A DNA stretch of 64,000 nucleotides from Mobula hypostoma (GCF_963921235.1 NC_086097.1:17112001-17176000), one strand, 5' to 3'; positions 1-11,628 are shown, numbered from the stretch's first letter. Made by a program: numbers and translations. Notes: generated from the letters alone by a model not told the origin.

Positions 1-1172
1 GTTTTCCCCAGTTTCTGTTGAGGCAGCTGATTCTCTTTCGGGCTAGCTTCATAAATAGCTTCAGGATTCTGCCTTGGCTGCTGGATTGTTCCTGTCCATA
101 CCCCTCCATCTGAATCCCTTTCCCTTCCTTCTGTTGCCTTGCCTCACTTGTAACCCTTGCCTGCACCGTTGTCATTCAATTGCTGGAGCAAGATAAGGAA
201 CTGTCTATTGTTGTTTTGAACTGTCTCTGTGTCCTTGCCTTCGCAAGGTAGGTCTGGCTGTTTGCCGCTACCTAGTGTTGGGAACCGTCCGTGTCCACAC
301 CTTCGCTAGGTAGGTCTGGACATCTGCCGCTACCTAGTGTTGCAAACCGTCTTGTTGTGTTCTGCATTCTGCGTAATGAATCCCAGCCCTACATCCTGTA
401 CCCAAGGAGGGTTCCCGGCTCTGTGTTCTGTGTATGAGCCCCGGCCCTATGTCCTGTTTCCAAGGAGGGGTCCCAGCTTTGTTCCATGTTCCTGTCTCTC
501 CCTCGACCAAGGCTCTGCGTTCCTGTCTCTCCCTTGACCTAGTCAAGGCTTTGGGGTCTCATCCAGTCCTAGCCACGATCCAAGAACCTTGTCCTGTCCA
601 AGCCATGGCTTTGTGTTCAAGTTTTGCCCATGTGTCTCGCCCAGCCCAGGATTACCTTGCCCAGCTCAGTGCTGGGGTTCCCTTGTCCTGTCCAGGAGTC
701 TCATGTCCAGTCCTGTTGCCACTCCTCGTCCTGTAGCCATGTCTTCTCCTTGCCTAGTTCTGGAGTCCGAGCCCGAGTCAAGTCCCAGCTTTTGGGTCCT
801 TGCCCAGTCTCTGGCTCGGAGTCCATACCCAAGCCTCGAAGTACCCTAGCCTCGAAGAACCCAAGCCTCATCACGTCTTTGCCTAGATCCAGGGTCTGAG
901 CCGAGTCAAGACCCAGGTTTCAGGTCCTTCTCCAGTCTCTGGCTTGAACTCCAAGCCTAGACTCCTAGTTCCAAGTTCCATGTCCTGGTTCCATTATCCT
1001 AGTCAAGTCCTAGCCCAGGCCCTGTATCCTTGTCTCGTCCAGGGCCTGTGTCACGTCCAGCGTCCTTTCTTCCCCACTTCCCTTGCTTTCTTGACTAACC
1101 TAGTCCTGTTCCTTGTACTTCAGTGTCTGTGTCTTGCATTTGGGTCCACCACCCAGTGCCCCCACTATGACA
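1..1172 (+). mobile_element. LTR (Gypsy-like), cut by window start
   Basis: Colinear with the complete copy at 51202-52170; ends ...GCATTTGGGTCC...ATGACA; TATA-like ATAAATA at 51-57; internal direct repeats; no gag/pol or PBS follows. Confidence 0.75.
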
Positions 1173-1614
1173 AGTTCTTTGCCAGATCTGTGACAAATCT
1201 TCTTTGTCATTATCTTCTTCGTCTTTCAATCAGATCTTGAATATTTTTCTAAGGTAGACCCATTGAGCACTATAGTACAGAAACAGTCCCTTTGGCCCAT
1301 CTAGTCTGTGCCAAGTTCTCCTGCCTTGTCCTGTCTACACCCATCCAGACCATAGCCTTCTATAACCCTCTCATCCAAGTACATACAGTTGAAGTCAGAA
1401 GTTTACATACACCTTAGCCAAAATACACTTAAACTTAGTTTTTCACAATTCCTGACATTTAGTCCTAGAAAACATTCCCCATCTTAGGTCAGTTAGGATC
1501 ACTACTTTATTTTAAGAATGTGAAATGTCAGAATAATAGTAGAGAGAATGATTTATTTCAGCTTTTATTTCTTTCATCACTTTCCCAGTCAGTCAGAAGT
1601 TTACATACACTTTG

Positions 1615-1830
1615 TTAGTATTTGGTAGCATTGCCTTTAAATTGTTTGACTTGGGTCAAACGTTTTGGGTAGCCTTCCACAAGCTTCTCACAATAAGTTG
1701 CTGGAATTTTGTTCCATTCCTCCAGACAGAACTGATGTAACTGAGTCAGGTTTGTAGGCACATGCTTTTCCTTGCTCGCACATGCTTTTTCAGTTCTGCC
1801 CACAAATTTTTTTTATCGGATTGAGGCCAG
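1615..1830 (-). pseudogene. Inverted duplicate of the transposase C-terminal coding region
   Basis: ORF 1615-1803(-) ends PTNLTQLHQFCLEEWNKIPATYCEKLVEGYPKRLTQVKQFKGNATKY, nearly identical to the end of ORF 2412-2735(+). Confidence 0.92.
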
Positions 1831-1841
1831 AAGATGATGTC

Positions 1842-2735
1842 AAGTCTGGTTATCTTTGGGAGCAATTTCTAAATGCCTGAAGGTACCACGTTCATCTGTA
1901 CAAACAATAGTACGCAAGTATAAACACCATGGGACCAAGCAGCTGTCCGCTCAGGAAGGAGACGTATTCTCCTAGAGATGAATGTACTTTGGCGTGAAAA
2001 GTGCAAATCAATTCCAGAACAACAGCAAAGGACCTTGTGAAGATGCTGGAGGAAACAGGTAGACAAGTATCTATATCCACAGTAAAACGAGTCCTATATC
2101 GACATAACCTGAAAGGCTGCTCAGCAAGGAAGAAGCCACTGCTCCAAAACCGCCACAAAAAAGCCAGACTACAGTTTGTAAGTGCACATGGGGACAAAGA
2201 TCTTACTTTTTGGAGAAATGTCCTCTGGTCTGATGAAACACAAATGGAACTGTTTGGCCATAATGACCATTGTTATGTTTGGAGGCAAAAGGGTGAGGAT
2301 TGTAAGCCGAGGAACACCATCCCAACCGTGAAGCATGGGGGTGGCAGCATCATGTTGTAGGGGTGTTTTGCTGCAAGAGGGCCTAGTGTACTTCACAAAA
2401 TAGATGGCACCATGCTAAAGCTCAGTCACAAATGGGTCTTCCAAATGGACAATGACCCCAAGCATACCTCCAAAGTTGTGGCAAAATTGCTTAAGGACAA
2501 CAAAGTCAGGGTATTGGAGTCACAAAGCCCTGACCTCAATCCGAAAGAAAATTTGTGGGCAGAACTGAAAAAGCATGTGCGAGCAAGGAGGCCTACAAAC
2601 CTGACTCAGTTACACCAGTTCTGTCTGGAGGACTGGAACAAAATTCCAGCAACTTACTGTGAGAAGCTTGTGGAAGGCTACCCAAAATGCTTGACCCAAG
2701 TTAAACAATTTAAAGGCAATGCTACCAAATACTAA
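1842..2735 (+). pseudogene. Tc1 DD34E transposase, disrupted
   Basis: Motifs VLWSDET, KHGGGSIML, FQMDNDPKHTS, SQSPDLNP.ENLW and C-terminus KQFKGNATKY. Lacks the N-terminus, has frameshifts, a TAG at 2358-2360 and an internal deletion near 2412. Confidence 0.93.
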
Positions 2736-2864
2736 CAAAGTGTATGTAAACTTCTGACTGACTGGGAAAGTGATGAAAGAAATAAAAGCTGAAATAAATC
2801 ATTCTCTCTACTATTATTCTGACATTTCACATTCTTAAAATAAAGTAGTGATCCTAACTGACCT

Positions 2865-3065
2865 CAACAAACTGTTGAGGCCAGTTCATTAGCTATGTTT
2901 AAAAGGAAGTTAGATATGGCCCTTGTGGCTACAGGGGTCAGGGGGTATGGAGGGAAGGCTGGGTTCTGAGTTGGATGATCAGCCATGATCATAATAAATG
3001 GCGGTGCAGGCTCGAAGGGCCGAATGGCCTACTCCTGCACCTATTTTCTATGTTTCTATGTTTCT
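2865..3065 (+). mobile_element. Short 5'-truncated CR1 (family B) inserted in the right IR/DR of the Tc1
   Basis: Close match to the reverse complement of 55977-56180; (TTTCTATG)n tail; interrupts CTGACCT|AAGACAGGG, which is continuous in the left arm. Confidence 0.9.
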
Positions 3066-3227
3066 AAGACAGGGAATGTTTTCTAGGACTAAATGTCAGG
3101 AATTGTGAAAAACTGAGTTTAAATGTATTTGGCTAAGGAATATGTAAACTTCTGACTTCAACTGTATCAATACTTCTCTTAAATATTGTAATTGAACCTG
3201 CAGCCTCCACTTTCACACCAGATTGTT

Positions 3228-3500
3228 TCAGAATCAGAATCAGATTTAGTATTATTGGCATATGTTGTGAAATTTGTTAACTTAGGGACAGTTGTACATA
3301 GTATAGAAAAAGTACTGAATTACAGTTAAAAAATATATGTAATTAACTAAGTCAAGTAGTGCAAAAACAGAAGTAAGGAAGTGGTGAGGTAGTGTTCATG
3401 GGTTCAATGTCCATTCAGAAATTGGATGGCAGAGGAGAAGAAGCTGCTCCCGACTCATTGATTGTGTGCCTCTTCCTGACAGTAACATGAAAAGAGGACA
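3228..3500 (-). mobile_element. Rex1/Babar LINE 3' end fragment
   Basis: (CAGAAT)n tail and body similar to 11685-11970, which is attached to Rex1-type RT sequence. Confidence 0.65.
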
Positions 3501-4242
3501 TGTCACTTGACCTGTACTCTCTACTTCCACTTCCAGTTATAACAGAACAATGGGACCATATGTTGGGGAATATAGCTGGTCAATTGGAGGGGCTGTCAGC
3601 AGGAGATCACTTTCAAGATAGTCATCAAAATTCTGTATGTTTAAGGTAGTTATAGATAAGGTTGGGGGTGGACCAATAAGAAATTTTTAAATTGAGGGAA
3701 GGCAATTTTCATTAACATAATGGAGGACCAGGCAAAGGGGATTGGAAGCATCTACTTCTGATTCTGCATCTGTGCAGTGGGAAATATTTAAGGGAGAAGT
3801 ACCAAGAGTTCAAGGCCAACAAATTCCTGTAAGGGATTGTTTGCATGTTATGCCATTCTATGGATGAATTAAACTGGAGGAGGGGTATAGAGATAAAGAC
3901 TACAATATTCCACGAGCAAAGCCTGGCTGTTTCAAGACACTTGACTCAACTCCAAAGCAGCGCACAGATACGGAAGTTAAACTAGGTCATGGATTAACCC
4001 AGAAATGTGGGCTATTTAAAATGGTTTTTGGCAGCCACCATGTGAACACTAAACCATTCATATCTGGACTGTTGCCATTAGGTTGAACTTCCATGAATTA
4101 ATTTGATCTGATTTTTGGGATTTCGGTCTGTAGCCAAGCCTGAATTAGAAAGCTTTTCTAGTCCACTTTCCAATATGAAGATTATCTGAACACAAACTTT
4201 CTATAAGTTATTCTAGTTGAACAATGATGAGGATATTTTATA

Positions 4243-6636
4243 CAGGAAAGTTTTCTAAATCAATATATGGAGGGACCAACTAGAGGGGATGCAATATTGG
4301 ATCTCCTGTTAGGAAACAAATTAGGGCAAGTGACAGAAGTCTGTGTAGGGGAGCACTTTGGTTCCAGTGATCATAACACCATTAGTTTCAATTTGATCAT
4401 GGACAAGGATAGATCTGGTCCTAGGGTTGAGGTTCTGAACTGGAAGAAGGCCAAATTTGAAGAAATGAGAAAGGATCTAAAAAGCGTGGATTGGGACAGG
4501 TTGTTCTTTGGCAAAGATGTGATTGGTAGGTGGGAAGCCTTCAAAGGGGAAATTTTGAGAGTGCAGAGTTTGTATGTTCCAGTCAGGATTAAAGGCAAAC
4601 TGAATAGGAATAAGGAACCTTGGTTCTCAAGGGATATTGCAACTCTGATAAAGAAGAAGAGGGAGTTGTATGAAATGTATAGGAAACAGGGGGTAAATCA
4701 GGTGCTTGAGGAGTATAAGAAGTGCAAGAAAATACTTAAGAAAGAGATCAGGAGGGCTAAAAGAAGACATGAGGTTGCCTTGGCAGGCAAAGTGAAGGAT
4801 AATCCAAAGAGCTTTTACAAGTATATTAAGAGCAAGAGGATTGTAATGGATAAAATTAGTCCTCTTGAAGATCAGAGTGGTTGGCTTTGTGCGGAACCAA
4901 AGGAAATGGGGGAGATCTTAAATAGGTTTTTTGCGTCTGTATTTACTAAGGAAGCTGGCATGAAATCTATGGAATTGAGGGAATCAAGTAGTGAGACCAT
5001 GGAAACTGTACAGATTGAAAAGGAGGAGGTGCTTGCTGTCTTGAGGAAAATTAAAGTGGATAAATCCCCGGGACCTGACAGAGTGTTCCCTCGGACCTTG
5101 AAGGAGACTAGTGTTGAAATTGAGGGGGCCCTGGTAGAAATATTTAAAATGTCGCTGTCTACGGGTGAAGTGCCGGAGGATTGGAGAGTGGCTCATGTTG
5201 TTCCGTTGTTTAAAAAAGGATCGAAAAGTAATCCGGGAAATTATAGGCCGGTGAGTTTAACGTCAGTAGTAGGTAAGTTATTGGAGGGAGTACTAAGAGG
5301 CAGAATCTACAAGCATTTGGATAGACAGGGGCTTATTACGGAGAGTCAACATGGCTTTGTGCGTGGTAGGTCATGTTTGACCAATCTGTTGGAGTTTTTC
5401 GAGGAGGTTACCAGAAAAGTGGATGAAGGGAAGGCAGTGGATATTGTCTACATGGACTTCAGTAAGGCCTTTGACAAGGTCCCGCAAGGGAGGTTAGTTA
5501 GGAAAATTCAGTCACTAGGTATACATGGAGAGGTGGTAAATTGGATTAGTCATTAGCTCGATGGAAGAAGCCAGAGAGTGGTGGTAGAGAATTGCTTCTC
5601 TGAGTGGAGGCCTGTGACTAGTGGTGTGCCACAGGGATCAGTGCTGGGTCCATTGTTATTTGTCATCTATATCAATGATCTGGATGATAATGTGGTAAAT
5701 TGGATCAGCAAGTTTGCTGATGATACAAAGATTGGAGGTGTAGTAGACAGTGAGGAAGGTTTTCAGAGCCTGCAGAGGGACTTGGACCAGCTGGAAAAAT
5801 GGGCTGAAAAATGGCAGGTGGAGTTTAATACTGACAAGTGTGAGGTATTGCACGTTGGAAGGACAAACCAAGATAGAACATACAGGGTTAATGGTAAGAC
5901 ACTGAGGAGTGCAGTGGAACAGAGGGATCTGGGAATACAGATACAAAATTCCCTAAAAGTATCATCACAGGTAGATAGGGTCGTAAAGAGAGCTTTTGGT
6001 ACATTGGCCTTTATTAATCAAAGTATTGAGTATAAGAGCTGGAATGTTATGATGAGGTTGTATAAGGCATTGGTGAGGCCGAATCTGGAGTATTGTGTTC
6101 AGTTTTGGTCACCAAATTACAGGAAGGATATAAATAAGGTTGAAAGAGTGCAAAGAAGGTTTACAAGGATGTTGCCGGGACTTGAGAAACTCAATTACAG
6201 AGAAAGGTTGAATAGGTTAGGACTTTATTCCCTGGAGTGTAGAAGAATGAGGGGAGATTTGATAGAGGTATATAAAATTATGATGGGTATAGATAGAGTG
6301 AATGCAAGCAGGCTTTTTCCACTGAGGCAAGGGGAGAAAAAAACCAGAGGACATGGGTTAAGGGTGAGGGGGGGAAAGTTTAAAGGGAACATTAGGGGGG
6401 GCTTCTTCACACAGAGAGACAGAGAGTGGTGGGAGTATGGAATGAGCTGCCAGACGAGGTGGTAAATGCGGGTTCTTTTTTAACATTTAAGAATAAATTG
6501 GACAGATACATGGATGGGAGGTGTATGGAGGGATATGGTCCGTGTGCAGGTCAGTGGGACTAGGCAAAAAATGGTTCGGCACAGCCAAGAAGGGCCAAAG
6601 GGCCTGTTTCTGTGCTGTAGTTTCTATAGTTTCTAT
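4243..6636 (+). mobile_element. CR1 (HER1-like) LINE family A, 5'-truncated, young
   Basis: End of endonuclease (PTRGDAILDL, SDHN), full RT (KSPGPD, NYRPVSLTS, SGVPQGSVLGP, FADD), 3' UTR and TTTCTAT(A/G)G tail. Confidence 0.96.
4267..6465 (+). pseudogene. CR1 ORF2 (endonuclease end + reverse transcriptase) with one premature stop
   Basis: ORFs 4267-5556 and 5578-6465 share a frame, separated by TAG at 5554-5556 (TGG in the sister copy); an 8-nt duplication near 6411-6427 shifts the C-terminus. Confidence 0.92.
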
Positions 6637-7583
6637 GGAAAATATCAGTGAACCAGTTCGTTGGATATGTTTACAAACAAGCAATGCTTATGGTTCTGTC
6701 AAGCTATATTACCATAATTTCATTGGCTGTAGATCTTATTGGGTCATCTTGTGGATGGGGAAAGGGCTGCATAAATGAAAATTCTTTAATATGCAAAGTG
6801 ATGGAAGAAGAGGGAAGAAATAATTTGGCTGTGTTAAGGAGGGAGTGGAGAAACTACGTCTTATGTGCCATCAACATCAAATTGAAAGTTCTAAGTAAAT
6901 TTATTTTCAAAGCACATACAGTATACATCATCATACCTTGAAATTAATTTTCTTGTGGGCATTCGCAGTAGATCAGAGAATAGCCAAAGACTGATAAACA
7001 ACCAAAGTGCCAAGGACAATAAGCTGTGCAAATTAAAATAAAGTGTATGTCTGATTCATAGGTGTGGATCAGTTCAAAGATGAGGGAGGGAAGTTATCCA
7101 CACTAGTTTAGGAGGCAGATGGTTGAAGGGTAATAACTGTGCACCATCAATCTACAGATCATGCCTCTCAGGGACTTGTGCTAATGTAATTTTTTTTGTA
7201 ATTGTATTTGCTATTTTAACGATTCATGCTGTGTGCTGTTTGTGACTCTACATACTGTGTCTTGCATCTTGGACCTGGATAGTTACTGTTTTGCTTAGCT
7301 GTATAGAAGTGTATGGTTGAATGACAATTAACTTGAACTGTTCCTGAACCTGGTGCTGTGGGACCTGAGGATCCTGTACCTCCTTCCCAATGGCAGTAGC
7401 AAGAAGAGGGTCTGGCCTGGGCGGTGGGGGTTCTTGATGATAGATGCTGCTTTCTTGCAGCAGTGCTCCTTGTAGATGTGTCCAACGGGTGGGAGGGCTT
7501 TGCCTGTGATAGACTGGGCTGCGCCCACCACTTTTGGAAGCTTTTCTGTTCTTGGGTCTTCATGTTTCCATAAGGGTAAAATC

Positions 7584-8206
7584 GGGAGGAGGAGGAGGAG
7601 ATGAATATCTGTTATCTGTCAGGTAGGGTGCCGTGCACAATTCTGATTTGATGGAGATGGACGTGAGAGAACGGAGGAACATCAGGTGAAACTTCTGAAA
7701 TGCCTGTTTCGCTGCCACTGCTACTGTGTGATCCGAAATCTCCGGAGGGGAAGGCCCCGAGTCCTCAGCTTTGCTTGTTGTTTGGCGGCAGGGACTGGGT
7801 CGAAGCGCTCGGCAGAGATGGTGCTCGGTGTCGGAGGGCTGGTCGGAGGCTCGAAGTTTTTGGATGGACTCAGAGTCGGACTGTGGTCGGGTGCTTCCAG
7901 GATGCTGCATCGGCAAGTTTGCGGCGCTGGAGGCTCATGGCAGGGAGAGTTTCTCCCTTCTACCGTCTGCGTGAGATGTTGGGGCTATTGGGACTTTGAG
8001 ACTTTTTTTTAACTGTGCCCGTGGTCTGCTCTTATCAGGTTACAGTATTGCTTTGCACTATTGTAACTATATGTTATAATTATTTGTCAGTTTTATTCTT
8101 GGTCTGTCTTGTGTTTCTGTGATATCAGACTGAGGAACATTGTATCATTTTTTAATGTATGCTTTTCTAAATGCCAATAAATGAGGACTGAATGTCCCCA
8201 TTATCT
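7584..8206 (+). mobile_element. Non-autonomous retroposon family X, copy 1
   Basis: Colinear with 44972-45650 and 61317-61948; GC/CpG-rich head, AT-rich tail with AATAAA and terminal hairpin. Confidence 0.85.
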
Positions 8207-8215
8207 TAAAAAAAG

Positions 8216-8455
8216 GGGTAACATCGTAGTGCTAACATGGCACGACTATTACAGTACCAGCGACCCAAGTTAAATTCTGCTTCTGTCTGTGAGGAGTTTG
8301 TATGTTTTCCCTGTGACTGCGTGGACTTCCTCTGGGCCCTTCACTTTCCTCCCACACTCTAAAGATGTACAGGTTAGTTGGGTATTTGGGTGGCATAGAT
8401 TCTTCGGGTTGCAAGGGCCTGTTGCTGTACTATATCTCTAAATAAAATAAAAGAA
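8216..8455 (+). mobile_element. tRNA-derived V-type SINE (HE1-like), decayed
   Basis: Central GGAGTTTGTATGTTTTCCCTGTGACTGCGTGG..TTTCCTCCCACA..AAAGATGT domain and A-rich tail; related pieces at about 14745-14940(-), 39001-39250, 44370-44580, 47860-48030 and 55800-55970 plus 58344-58470(-). Confidence 0.7.
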
Positions 8456-9079
8456 ATAAAAACCAGCCCTTGATGTGCCCAGTCAGATTACTCTCCACTG
8501 TGTTTCTATAAAAGTTTGTCAAAGTTTTAAATGAAATGCAGAATCTGTGCAAACTTCTAAGATGGAAGAGGCACTATTGTGCCCCCAGGACATGATAGCA
8601 CAAGGAATTTGAAGTTACTGACACCTCCCCATCCGCCTCTGATCCCCTAATGAGGACTGACTGATGGATCTCCAGCTTCTTCCCCCGTAGCCATGTATTC
8701 ATGTCCAATGTATCAGCTACGAATATGGTGGGTTGAGCTACTTGCTTTACCAAGGAGCAGGCGAGAAGGCTGGGTGCAGCGGGGAGCTCTACGGAGAAAG
8801 AGAAATCTGTGCAATTCTAGGTACCTGTTGCACTTGCAATTGCAGTAAAGAGCACACCCTTATTCATTTAGAGCAGTAATAAATTCAATACAATGAAGTT
8901 ATTTTCACAGACACAAGCACTTCAAATGAGGAATTTTTCTGGCACTAACCTCTTGGAATAAAAATCATATAAAGACCAAGTATTCTTTTTCATCTCAACA
9001 CAAGACTGATTCATTTGATGCTTCAAATTCTATTAGCTACTCTGGCTTTTTTCTAACTCTCCAGTTCCTTTCGCAGTTC

Positions 9080-9326
9080 TTTATTGGCCCATCTCCTTGG
9101 GTTGGATTGCGACTGGCCTCAGCACATTTCCCATGAACGCACTCGATATCAGCAGCTCCACGTTTCCAGCTGCGTTCAAAACCTGTCCACCTGGATGTCC
9201 CGCAACCGTCTCGCAACCAGCACCTGGGTCTCAGGAGGTGGATCCTGGAACACCCTGATAGTCTCTGGACAGCTGAACGTCAAAGGACACTGTTGCTGTT
9301 CTTCCATGTCTCTCATAGGCAGTGAC
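9080..9326 (-). other. Candidate terminal exon of an unidentified minus-strand transcript
   Basis: Acceptor ttaatttcaactgctttgaaAG ending at 9327, unique CpG-retaining sequence, AATAAA on the minus strand at 9080-9085. Stops at 9313-15, 9231-33 or 9176-78 depending on frame. Confidence 0.4.
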
Positions 9327-10022
9327 CTTTCAAAGCAGTTGAAATTAATTTAAATTAATTACAATGTAAAAATGATATATAAAAAACAAAATAATGCATA
9401 TATTGACCACAGGTTAATTAAAAGTCAAGAAATATAATCACTTCTCTGCAATTATCTTTTTAATCAAGGCTAGTGACTCCAAAGAGGCCTGTTGGTTATA
9501 TCAGCTTTGCATGCAAGAAGTTGAGGTACCGACTGTTTTAATGAGAACATGAGGCAAAGGCCAAGTACAATACAAAAACCAACCTGGATTATATGTCATG
9601 AATAACAACCCACAAACCACAAACATACACACATACATGTGCACACAGACTCGCCCACGCTCACACACTCAAGCTCACTTGTGCACACTCACAAATTTTG
9701 CCACAGGTTTACACCTGTGCAGACACAGTCAATGGCGCACTCTCACAGCTTAGTGATTCATAATTTCACACACATACATTCTTTCAGGCACATGTGCACA
9801 GTTTCATTCACTGATTTACAGTCATATATCCCCATCAGAATTATTATCACTGTTATGAAATATGTTGGCTTGCAGTAGAAGTAGAGTGCAATAAATAACA
9901 TATACTTAAATTAGAATAAGAAATATTAAAAAAAGAATTAAGTGTGCAGAAAGAGAGCAAAAACATAGTGAGGTAGTGTTCATGCATATGAATATGAATT
10001 GTCAGTATCTGATATGAATTAT

Positions 10023-10330
10023 GGGCACGTGGCCAGGTGGTTAAGGCATTGGACTAGCGACCTACAGGTCGTGAGTTCAAGCCCCAGCCGAGGCAATGTG
10101 TTGTGTGCTTGAGCAAGGCACTTAATCACACATTGCTCTGCGATGACACTGTTGCCAAGCTGTATGGGTCCTAATGCCCTTCCCTTGGACAACATTGGTG
10201 TCGTGGAGAGGGGAGACGCAGCATGGGCAACTGCTGGTCTTCCATACAACCTTGCCCAGGCCTGCACCCTGGAGAGTGAAGACTTTCCAGGCACAGGTCC
10301 ATGGTCTCGCAAGACTAACAGATGCCTTTA
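10023..10330 (+). mobile_element. tRNA-head CORE-like SINE with RTE-type tail
   Basis: A-box TGGCCAGGTGG, B-box GAGTTCAAGCC, CORE-like TGTGCTTGAGCAAGGCACTTAA; 11-bp target duplication TGATATGAATT (10010-20, 10334-44). Confidence 0.85.
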
Positions 10331-10717
10331 TATTGATATGAATTGGTATGAATCATCAATAGTCATCAGGAATACCATCAGGAAGGAAGTTCAGAAGCCT
10401 GAAGGCACACTCATTGATTCAGGAACAGCTTCTTCCCCTCTGCCATCCAATTTCTGAATGGACATTGAACCCATAAACACTACCTCACTACATTGTTAGG
10501 TTACGTATTTAATTCAACTTTTTATGAACTTACTGTAATTCACGGTTTTTATTATTATGTATTGCAAAGTACTGCTGCCGCTGTATAAGCAACACATTTC
10601 ATAACATATGCTGTGATTAAACTTGTTTCTGATCTGATTATTGGATCTACACACAATGAGTCGCCATTTTCCAGTGCCATCTTGATTTTTGTTTACACAG
10701 GCACATGTGCCCTTAGC

Positions 10718-10758
10718 CTCTCTCTCTCTCTCTTTCTCTCACACAGACACACACACAC
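10718..10758. repeat. (CT)n(CA)n compound microsatellite
   Basis: Directly visible. Confidence 0.9.
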
Positions 10759-11574
10759 AGAGCAGACTTTCCTCTTCAATAGCTGACTGTAAAAGGTGGG
10801 TAGGGCAGGAGAGTTTATGTGTAGTTAGTGGGCCAGCTGCCTGTGATGAAAGGTTATGAGCTTAATTTCATTTATAGGATGTGGGAGTCGCTGGCATTAA
10901 TTCTCCGTGCCTGCTTTTCCCCGAGAAAGTGGTAGTGAACTGCCACTTCAACCTGCTGTCGAACTGTTCTGTTGAGCTTTCACACCTGGCTGTTAAATAG
11001 GAAAATCCACCCCTGCGTATTTATTGAACTTAGCGGTTTCCTTCAACTAAATATTACCTCTCCTACCTTTGGAATGAGAAGGGAGATTTATAGTTGGATA
11101 CAGGAAATCCTGACCTTAACTTCTCTGGCAGGATGAAGCTATCCATATGGTGCAGTTTGTTTCTTTGAATCAAAGACAGTCTATTCCCTTCCTTCTCCAA
11201 AATAAACTGCTGTGGTTAATCCACATACCTGCCTTTGTCTTAGCTCAGATCACACCACCAAATTCATCCTACATAATCTCAATTTACACACCACATGTTT
11301 TGCACTGTCACTGACCATCTTCTTACACACTCTCACCTTACACATGATAGATGATGAATTGGACTGCTGTTTCTCCCAGCCTAATGCATCTCTCCTTTAA
11401 GAGGTGCTGCTTTTAAGCAGTGCTGGCCTCCCACAGTGTTATTTAGCAAAAGGGGCTGCACAAGTTGATCAGATTAGCTGTAACACAGCAAATAGGTATA
11501 GGCTAATTGAATGTCATGATACTTCTGCCTATTATAGAGAGTCGTTCAATTTACTCCCATAGTGTTGCACTCAC

Positions 11575-11628
11575 CTGAAGTTCTGCGTCTTGCGTATTCT
11601 CGCTGACCGTTGAAAATGGTGTAGAAAT
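11575..11628 (-). other. Candidate 54-nt internal exon
   Basis: Acceptor gttttgattccgatttAG, consensus donor CAG|GTGAGT, length divisible by 3, no stop in any frame, four CpGs. Confidence 0.5.

Larger units (their letters stand above)
1386..3164 (+). mobile_element. Tc1/mariner IR/DR transposon, Sleeping Beauty (Tss1/Tdr1)-like, rearranged with two right ends
   Basis: TA duplication (1384-85, 3165-66); termini CAGTTGAAGTCAGAAGTTTACATA / TATGTAAACTTCTGACTTCAACTG; inner direct repeats at about 1592-1610 and 2740-2758; transposase remnants inside. Confidence 0.95.
1256..3215 (-). mobile_element. Old CR1 3'-end fragment split by the Tc1 insertion (1256-1385 and 3165-3215)
   Basis: Both flanks resemble the reverse complement of CR1 3' ends elsewhere in the window and rejoin across the TA duplication. 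Confidence 0.6.
6876..8690 (-). mobile_element. Fragmented Rex1/Babar LINE (about 6876-7140, 7330-7570, 8460-8690) hosting younger insertions
   Basis: ORF 7328-7531(-) AQSITGKALP..IYKEHCCKKAASIIKNPHRPG..LFLLLPLGRRYR matches the Rex1-type C-terminus also seen at 41460-42110. Confidence 0.7.

Noticed and set aside
334..1240. Overlapping Pro/Ser/Cys-rich ORFs (also 51428-51923)
   Set aside because: Products of low-complexity LTR sequence; frames are not preserved between the copies.
7560..8012. 100+ aa ORFs recurring at 44968-45501 and 61441-61797
   Set aside because: They lie in GC-rich repeat family X and indels between copies break the frames.
9176..9230. VARRLRDIQVDRF as a BH3 motif
   Set aside because: Lacks the Gly/Ala-Asp pair at the required spacing, and the frame is unproven.
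8691..9258. Plus-strand two-exon ORF (8691-8820 joined to 9077 onward)
   Set aside because: First acceptor derives from a Rex1 fragment, the donor is weak and the peptide is unrecognisable; kept only as an alternative reading of this CpG-retaining island.
10023..10095. tRNA gene
   Set aside because: It is the head of a SINE with body, tail and target duplication.
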